A DNA stretch of 64,000 nucleotides from an uncultured Candidatus Actinomarina sp. (lineage in GTDB: Bacteria; Actinomycetota; Acidimicrobiia; Actinomarinales; Actinomarinaceae), in the NCBI GenBank assembly GCA_902587025.1, contig CACIJJ010000002.1:23473-87472 (forward strand), read 5' to 3'. The position numbers were made by a program, and so were the translations under genes. Positions within the stretch are counted from its first letter, which is position 1. Each line of letters starts with the position of its first letter. Under the pieces are notes generated by a model. It made no database searches and was not told the origin of the DNA. It saw only the letters and a program-made list of their open reading frames with translations. Of this stretch, positions 57,709-64,000 are shown one piece after another.

Positions 57709-60700
57709 CTACAGCCTAAAGAGTTTCCGCAGTTTAGGCATTTATAGCAAGAGCCATTTCTTATTGTTATGTGTCCACAATCTGGACAAGCAGGAGCGTC
57801 TCCCATCATATCACCAAGAACTTCTTGCACTGTTGTAACGGAATTTGAAGTAGCCTCAGTTTTGTCTAAAGCTTCAACCTCTTTAACTTTTGTAACAAAC
57901 TGCACTTCTTTTACTTCGTTTGAAACTTCTGTAGTTTTAGAGCCGCTTGGAGACTCTGTTTCTTGTACCTCGCTTACAGATTCAGCTATTTCCTCAACCG
58001 GAGCTGAAGGAGATTCTTGAACAGGAGCTGAAGGAGATTCTTGAACAGGAGCTGAAGGAGATTCTTCAGGTGGGTTCTGTACTATATCAGTTCTGTTTAG
58101 ATATTCTAAACCTAGGGCTCTAAAGACATAATCTACAATTGAGTTGCTCATTTTTATATTTTCATGTCCTTCAACCATTCCTCGTGGTTCAAATGTTTGA
58201 AAAGTGAAAGTATCAACGAATTCTTCAAGAGGAACACCATATTGAAGACCTTTAGATACAGCAATGGCAAAACATCCAAGAACTCCTTTGAGAGTCGCAC
58301 CCTCTTTTGCGATATCTATGAAAACTTCACCAAGTGTTCCATCTGGATATTCTCCCGTTCTTAGATATACTTTATGACCTGCGATTTTTGCTTCTTGAGT
58401 CCAACCTTCTCTTCTTTCAGGCAATAAAAACCTTGGTCTTGTTGTTCCTGCATAGGCTTTTGTAGGACTTGTTCCAGCAGGATAGTTCCCATGCATTAAC
58501 ATTGATTCACTTTCAATTATTTCAGAGACTTGCGGATCAGTTTCTTCCGATTCACCATCATCTGAAGATGCAGACAGTGGTTGAGATGCTTTTGATCCAT
58601 CTCTATAAATTGCTATTGCTTTAATACCAAGACCTGCAGATTCGAAATAGCAGTTTTCTATATCTTCTATCGTTGCTTCATTAGGCATATTTACAGTTTT
58701 TGAAATCGCACCAGAAATAAACGGTTGCGCCGCAGCCATCATTCTGACATGACCCATATAATGAATAAATCTTTTTCCATCTTTTCCACATTTGTTAGCA
58801 CAATCAAAAACACTAAGATCTTCATCTTTAAGATGAGGTGCTCCCTCAATTGTTTGAGTTCCACAAATAAATTTATTTGCTTCTGCGATTTCAGTCTTAG
58901 TAAATCCTAGTTTTTCTAAAAGATTGAAATCAAAAGATGTATATTCTTCCTCTTGGATATCAAGTCTTTGCATTGTTTCTTCACCAACCACAAAGACATT
59001 AAATGCATGTTGAATTTCAAAAGCACCTGGTAAAGAATTTTCAATATTTTCAATATCTTGATCATTCAAGCCTTTATCTTTTAGTGTTTCTTTATTAACA
59101 AATGGAGAACCATCTAGTGACATTGATCCAATAACATATTGAATTATTTCTTCAGTTTGTTGATTGGTGTAACCAAGTGCGCTCAATGCTGGACCAATTG
59201 ATTGGTTTGCTATCTTCATATATCCACCACCAGCTAGCTTCTTAAATTTCATTAGTGCAAAGTCTGGTTCTACGCCTGTTGTATCACAATCCATTAGCAA
59301 ACCAATTGTTCCTGTTGGAGCCAGTACGGTTGCTTGTGCATTTCTATATCCATGTTTCTCACCTAATTCAAGTGCTCCATCCCATGAATCTTGTGCACCT
59401 TTTAGTAAATCATCAGGACACAAGTCTTGATCTATTGGTAGTAAGTCATGACTGATTCCAACATAATTATCAGAATCATAAGCTGCTTTTCTGTGGTTGC
59501 CCATAACACGAAGCATGTTGTCTTTGTTTTCTGAATATTTTGGAAATGGTCCGACTATACTTGCCATTTCTGCAGAGGCTTTATAAGCTTCACCAGTCAA
59601 CATTGCTGTCAAAGCACCTGCAATAGCTCTACCTAATTCTGAGTCATACGCAATACCTTTTCTCATCAGAAGGGATCCAAGGTTTGCATATCCCAGACCT
59701 AGTGTTCTGTAGTCATAAGATCCTTGAGCGATTTCTTTTGAAGGAAACTGGGCCATCTCAACTGATATTTCTAGCACTACAGTCCAGATTCTTAGTGCAT
59801 GCTTATATGATGCAACATCAAATACCTGGTTATCATCATCATAAAACTTAACTAAGTTCAAACTTGCTAGGTTACAGGCAGTATTATCTAAAAATAAGTA
59901 TTCAGAGCATGGATTTGATGCTCTAATTTGTCCACCTGCTGGGGAAGTGTGCCACTCATTAATGGTTGTGTTGAATTGAACACCAGGGTCTGCACATCTC
60001 CAAGCAGCATCTGCTATTTTGTTCCATAATTCTCTTGCTTTTACAGTTTTCATTGTTGAACCATCAGTTCTAGCTGTAAGCTCCCAATCTCCATCTGTCT
60101 CGAGTGCTTTTATAAATTCATTTGGTACTCTTACAGAGTTATTTGAGTTTTGACCAGACACAGTAGCATATGCTTCGCCGTTATAGTCTGATGGATACCC
60201 AGCATTGATTAACGCTCTCGCCTTATCTTCTTCAATAGCTTTCCACTCAATAAAATCTTCAATATCTGGATGGTCAAGATCAAGAATAACCATTTTTGCA
60301 GCTCTTCTTGTTGTTCCACCTGATTTAATTGCACCTGCTGCTCTATCGCCAATTTTTAGAAATGACATAACACCTGAGGAGACACCACCACCAGAAAGTT
60401 TTTCTCCCTCACCTCTTAGGTTTGAAAAGTTTGTACCTGTTCCAGACCCAAACTTAAATAATCTTGCTTCTTTTACCCAAAGGTCCATAATTCCACCTTC
60501 GTTGACAAGATCATCATCAATTGATTGAATGAAACAAGCGTGCGGTTGTGGTCTTGAGTAGGAGTCTTCTCCTGGCGTTAATTCACCTGTACTCGGATCA
60601 ACATACCAAAAACCTTGTGGTTTCCCAGTTAATCCATATTTATAATTTAGACCTGTGTTAAACCACTGCGGACTGTTTGGAGCTGCCATCTGGGTTGCAA

Positions 60701-61097
60701 GCATATACTTTAATTCATCTTCAAAAGCCTGAGCATCTTCTGTTGATGCAAAATATCCAGTCTCTTCACCCCAGTGTCTCCATGTCTCTGCAAGTCGGTT
60801 GAATACCTGTTTTGATGATGTTTCAGGTCCTAGAACCAAATCACCATTGTCATCTTTAAGTTCATTTCCGTTTTCATCTGTCTGAGGAACACCGGCTTTT
60901 CTAAAATATTTTGAAACCATTATGTCAGTAGCTACTTGAGACCAGGATGAAGGGATCTCAACGTCATTCATTTCGAAAACTATTGAGCCATCTGGGTTAG
61001 TTATCTTTGAACTTCTCTTTTCCCAAACTATGTCTTTGTAAGGATCACCAGGTGAGGTATATTTCCTATTTATCTTGAGCCCTGTATTTTTTGCCAC
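57705..61097 (-). CDS. nrdJ: class II (adenosylcobalamin-dependent) ribonucleotide reductase
   Basis: 1130 aa. RNR catalytic core blocks (SNPCSEY, LGLGYANLG). C-terminal Cys-rich zinc-ribbon CPDCGH...CYKCLNCG. Intragenic ESPSAPVQ x3 linker. Confidence 0.9.
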   Translation of the reverse strand: MAKNTGLKINRKYTSPGDPYKDIVWEKRSSKITNPDGSIVFEMNDVEIPSSWSQVATDIMVSKYFRKAGVPQTDENGNELKDDNGDLVLGPETSSKQVFNRLAETWRHWGEETGYFASTEDAQAFEDELKYMLATQMAAPNSPQWFNTGLNYKYGLTGKPQGFWYVDPSTGELTPGEDSYSRPQPHACFIQSIDDDLVNEGGIMDLWVKEARLFKFGSGTGTNFSNLRGEGEKLSGGGVSSGVMSFLKIGDRAAGAIKSGGTTRRAAKMVILDLDHPDIEDFIEWKAIEEDKARALINAGYPSDYNGEAYATVSGQNSNNSVRVPNEFIKALETDGDWELTARTDGSTMKTVKARELWNKIADAAWRCADPGVQFNTTINEWHTSPAGGQIRASNPCSEYLFLDNTACNLASLNLVKFYDDDNQVFDVASYKHALRIWTVVLEISVEMAQFPSKEIAQGSYDYRTLGLGYANLGSLLMRKGIAYDSELGRAIAGALTAMLTGEAYKASAEMASIVGPFPKYSENKDNMLRVMGNHRKAAYDSDNYVGISHDLLPIDQDLCPDDLLKGAQDSWDGALELGEKHGYRNAQATVLAPTGTIGLLMDCDTTGVEPDFALMKFKKLAGGGYMKIANQSIGPALSALGYTNQQTEEIIQYVIGSMSLDGSPFVNKETLKDKGLNDQDIENIENSLPGAFEIQHAFNVFVVGEETMQRLDIQEEEYTSFDFNLLEKLGFTKTEIAEANKFICGTQTIEGAPHLKDEDLSVFDCANKCGKDGKRFIHYMGHVRMMAAAQPFISGAISKTVNMPNEATIEDIENCYFESAGLGIKAIAIYRDGSKASQPLSASSDDGESEETDPQVSEIIESESMLMHGNYPAGTSPTKAYAGTTRPRFLLPERREGWTQEAKIAGHKVYLRTGEYPDGTLGEVFIDIAKEGATLKGVLGCFAIAVSKGLQYGVPLEEFVDTFTFQTFEPRGMVEGHENIKMSNSIVDYVFRALGLEYLNRTDIVQNPPEESPSAPVQESPSAPVQESPSAPVEEIAESVSEVQETESPSGSKTTEVSNEVKEVQFVTKVKEVEALDKTEATSNSVTTVQEVLGDMMGDAPACPDCGHITIRNGSCYKCLNCGNSLGCS

Positions 61098-61143
61098 AAT
61101 ATCTCCTTTTTATAACTAAATGTAGTATATGCCACTGTTTTTG

Positions 61144-61159
61144 ACACTAAATATAGTGT
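61144..61159. promoter_or_regulatory. putative NrdR box upstream of nrdJ
   Basis: The 16-bp palindrome ACACTAAATATAGTGT matches the NrdR consensus acaCwAtATaTwGtgt. It lies 47-62 nt upstream of the nrdJ start codon. Confidence 0.45.
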
Positions 61160-61165
61160 TTTTTA

Positions 61166-61171
61166 ATTATA
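61166..61171 (-). promoter_or_regulatory. candidate -10 (TATAAT on minus strand) of nrdJ promoter
   Basis: attata on the plus strand reads as TATAAT on the minus strand. cTTGAa lies 17 nt upstream. The NrdR box sits just downstream of it. Confidence 0.3.
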
Positions 61172-61223
61172 TACAAATCGCTTTAGTTTTCAAGCATATC
61201 TAGGTAAAATTTTCGCGAGGATA

Positions 61224-61967
61224 ATGTTACAAACTCAACTAAGATACATCCAGACAGTTCTTACTTTTGGAATTTTTATAACAATTTTTTTAAACAACGA
61301 AAATTTAATTATCTCATGTTTTGTTGGATTAATACTAGCTTGGCAATTAGAGCTACTTGCATGTGAGTTACGTACAACGAATAATGAATTTGTACTAATA
61401 CTCCTACTACTCATCACATCTTTTTCACCTGTTGCGACAATATTTTTTGAAGTTAGCGAAATAAAGAATATGATCTTTTTGATTTCGATCCTAATTGGGA
61501 TTTTTTATCTTACTTTTAAAGATATAAGTATTTCTACATTTGGAAATGCTTATTTAGTAACATTTATTTCTTTTTTTCTTGTTTCTTTTTTTGTTTCAAA
61601 AACGTTTAGCGAAAATTTAGATTTTCTCACATTTTTGTTTTTAATACTCTTTTTCATAAAAACTTTAGCAACTTTTTTTAATATACAATTTAGTAATTAT
61701 CAATATTTCTTTAATTTTTTTGCGTCGTTTTTTGTGGTCACTACAGTTAGTTTGTTCTCTGGTTTTACCATTCAATATGTTTTGATTGCTGCAGGATTAA
61801 TATCAATTTTTACCGTGATAATGAATTTTCTCTTTCAGAGAAACAGAAGAGAGTATAAATATTTTTCAACACTTACAACCCAAATCTACCTTTTTGATTA
61901 TTTAGTTTCTTTCTTATTTGCTTTGTATTTTGTTGATGTACTAAATCTCATTATAGGATTATTCTAG
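61224..61967 (+). CDS. hypothetical polytopic membrane protein
   Basis: 247 aa with about 7 TM segments. Confidence 0.4.
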   Translation: MLQTQLRYIQTVLTFGIFITIFLNNENLIISCFVGLILAWQLELLACELRTTNNEFVLILLLLITSFSPVATIFFEVSEIKNMIFLISILIGIFYLTFKDISISTFGNAYLVTFISFFLVSFFVSKTFSENLDFLTFLFLILFFIKTLATFFNIQFSNYQYFFNFFASFFVVTTVSLFSGFTIQYVLIAAGLISIFTVIMNFLFQRNRREYKYFSTLTTQIYLFDYLVSFLFALYFVDVLNLIIGLF

Positions 61968-61972
61968 AATCT

Positions 61973-62794
61973 GTGGTTAAAGACTTAGTAGCAAACTCAC
62001 CATTTATTGATATCGGGTTCACACAATCTGGTGCAAAATTAAACAATTCAAAATCAGAACCTATTTTTGATTACTACAAGTTAGAGTCAAACACTCTTGA
62101 ATTTCAAATTGATAGAGATTTTACTGACTATCGGATTACACCGTACTTTTCTGAAGACCAAATCAAGGACTTGAAAATTGAGTATTTTCAATTTGATTCG
62201 CTTAGTTACTTTCAGATTTCTCAATTCTTAAACCACAACACTTTCAATTCCATTGAAATTGTCAAAAGTGATATATCTGTATTCCTTGAGCTTCCTGAAA
62301 GTTATGAAATATACCTAAGTGCTCTATCTAAAAAAAATAGACATGAGCTAAAGAGAAAGAAAAGAATATTTGTTGATAAATTTGGAGATATCTCTTTTGA
62401 AAAAAGTAAAAATAGTGATATTTTTGATGAATTTGTCAGATTACACAAGAAGTCCACCGGTGTAAAAGGGAAATATATGACTAAAACAGTTCAGGATTTC
62501 TATAGATCACTAATCGAACAAGATAATTGGTATATTTATTATATTAATTACAACGATTCTATGATTTCCTCAGCTTTTGTATACGAGTCAGAAATCGTAG
62601 ATTATCTTTATAACTCATGCAGAGATCATTCTTTAGAAGAATTTAATACGGGGACTTATTTGAATGATCAGTTATTGAAAAACAGTATTAATAATAAAAA
62701 AAGATATTTTGATTATTTAAAGGGCGAGGAAAAATATAAATTTAATTTTGGTGGTCAAGTGCATCAATTATATGATCTAAAAATTAAAGTATGA
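61973..62794 (+). CDS. GNAT-fold acyltransferase-like protein (FemAB/CelD-like, Acetyltransf_6-type)
   Basis: 273 aa. The C-terminal half has the alternating beta/alpha pattern and a KKRYFDYLKGEEKYKFNFG block seen in CelD/BioF2-like proteins. Weak call. Confidence 0.35.
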   Translation: MVKDLVANSPFIDIGFTQSGAKLNNSKSEPIFDYYKLESNTLEFQIDRDFTDYRITPYFSEDQIKDLKIEYFQFDSLSYFQISQFLNHNTFNSIEIVKSDISVFLELPESYEIYLSALSKKNRHELKRKKRIFVDKFGDISFEKSKNSDIFDEFVRLHKKSTGVKGKYMTKTVQDFYRSLIEQDNWYIYYINYNDSMISSAFVYESEIVDYLYNSCRDHSLEEFNTGTYLNDQLLKNSINNKKRYFDYLKGEEKYKFNFGGQVHQLYDLKIKV

Positions 62795-63924
62795 ATATTC
62801 TTCAGCTTGCATTTCACACCTCTCCTTTTAATGAAGTAGGAAAAAATGATGGCGGAGGTATGAGTATCTATGTTCAACAAATTTCAAGACATTTATCAGA
62901 CAATCACAATGTAACTGTTGTAACAGGTGAAAAAGCAGAAAGTTTTAAAGATAACAATCTTGAATTTATTTCATTGAACATTTTTGAATCCGATCTTAAT
63001 GTCGAAGATAAAGAAGTTTTCTTACAAGAATTTAAAAATAAGCTTGAAGAATCTTTAGACCTAAATAGTTTTGACGTAATTCATGCCCACTACTGGTTTT
63101 CAGGTCTTATTGCAAAAGAGATATCAAATGAATTCGACATACCTTTTATTTTTACATCACATAGTTTGGGGGTTTTTCTAGATGGTTACAACAAAGAAAG
63201 AGTTGATTGTGAAAAAATTGTAATGACCTCATCTGATTTAGTTACTGCTTCTTCAGAATTTGAAAATATGCTGATTAGTGAAACATACAAAGTTGACGAA
63301 AATAAAATTAAAAAAATTATTCCAGGAGTTGATAAAAAAATATTTTCTCCTGATTCATCTGTTGAAAAAGAAAATATTTTTTTATCAATAGGAAGAATAC
63401 AAGAACAAAAAGGACAACTAAAAACTCTTGAATTTTTGAATAGTTTTAGAAAGACAGAAAATAATTTTAAATGTTATTTTATTGGTGGTCCAAGTGGAAA
63501 AACAGGAAATGAATATTTACAAGAACTGAAAGAAAGTGTAACAAATTTTAAATTAGAAACACATGTTGAGTTTTTAAACACCCTTTCTCAAGAAGAAATT
63601 ATAGAGTTACTTAATAAAGCAAAATTATTAATACATTCATCACAATTTGAGACTTTTGGACTTGTTGCAATTGAAGCTAACTCGATGGGCGTTCCTGTAC
63701 TCTCAGTAAATAATGGATCATTGATGGAAGTTATTGAAAATAATAAAAATGGTTACTTATCAGAAAATTTATTAGATGTAAATGTTAACAATTTTGTAAA
63801 CAATTTGCTTAATGATAAGAAAAAATTTAAAGAAATTGAATCAGCCTGTATAGAGAAATCAAAACAATACGATTGGAAGATTACTTCAAAAAATTTAAAT
63901 AAAATATATGAAAGTTTAGTTTAA
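62791..63924 (+). CDS. GT4 (GT-B fold) glycosyltransferase
   Basis: N-terminal GGGMSIYV (GT4 G-rich loop). C-terminal ETFGLVAIEANSMGVPVLSVNNGSLMEVI. Confidence 0.65.
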   Translation: MNILQLAFHTSPFNEVGKNDGGGMSIYVQQISRHLSDNHNVTVVTGEKAESFKDNNLEFISLNIFESDLNVEDKEVFLQEFKNKLEESLDLNSFDVIHAHYWFSGLIAKEISNEFDIPFIFTSHSLGVFLDGYNKERVDCEKIVMTSSDLVTASSEFENMLISETYKVDENKIKKIIPGVDKKIFSPDSSVEKENIFLSIGRIQEQKGQLKTLEFLNSFRKTENNFKCYFIGGPSGKTGNEYLQELKESVTNFKLETHVEFLNTLSQEEIIELLNKAKLLIHSSQFETFGLVAIEANSMGVPVLSVNNGSLMEVIENNKNGYLSENLLDVNVNNFVNNLLNDKKKFKEIESACIEKSKQYDWKITSKNLNKIYESLV

Positions 63925-64000
63925 AGATTCAAGAAATTTTTCAATCTCAAAAATATATCTGACTGGATCAGCATTCCATGATGTGACATGACCTACGTTA

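Noticed and set aside
1-64000. About 35 further short (60-107 aa) ORFs, for example 1399-1632, 3122-3361, 5139-5479, 15565-15756, 17424-17693, 23025-23273, 26038-26286, 32050-32499, 36494-36799, 42924-43142, 46268-46492, 47733-48011, 57769-58020, 58164-59455, 60205-60528, 61235-61417
   Set aside because: All are nested in or antisense to longer ORFs with clear family motifs. AT-rich DNA produces many such open frames by chance.

Overview
AT-rich window (roughly 30% GC) that looks like a marine picocyanobacterial (Prochlorococcus-like) genome segment. The organism call is inference, based on base composition, a class II nrdJ with a Cys4 C-terminus, and tRNA genes flanked by repeated tRNA 3' halves. 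Layout, left to right: (1) A tandem tRNA-Asp(GTC)/tRNA-Phe(GAA) pair at 115-267, followed by three small cargo cassettes (268-3580). Each cassette ends in a copy of the 3' 42 nt of tRNA-Phe, the rightmost copy being degenerate, which is the footprint of serial site-specific integrations at the tRNA-Phe 3' end. (2) A hypervariable cell-surface glycan (LPS/O-antigen-like) island of about 47 kb (3.6-50.7 kb). It contains at least 14 glycosyltransferases (GT2, GT4, GT8, GT25, GT61-like, exostosin-like) and at least 7 methyltransferases. It also has an OafA-like acyltransferase, a fused ABC exporter and a Wzy/WaaL-like protein. Three nucleotide-sugar routes are present: GDP-fucose (gmd+fcl plus a second gmd paralog), CDP-6-deoxyhexose (rfbF and rfbG, far apart) and dTDP-4-amino-4,6-dideoxyhexose (rfbB-rfbA-DegT aminotransferase). 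(3) An inward-facing tRNA-Val(TAC) at 55280-55353 (minus strand) with three more copies of its 3' half plus roughly 215-bp flanking direct repeats (50.76-52.0 kb). These delimit small cassettes, one of which carries a three-gene operon built around an atypical Hsp70-like ATPase (52050-55196). No integrase is visible in either array. (4) To the right lie a polytopic membrane protein/GT2 pair, class II ribonucleotide reductase nrdJ (57705-61097, minus) with a putative NrdR box upstream, and further membrane protein, acyltransferase and GT4 genes. The candidate novel system is the Hsp70-like cassette in the tRNA-Val integration hotspot. The repeat architecture of both tRNA hotspots and the modular glycan island are also worth follow-up.
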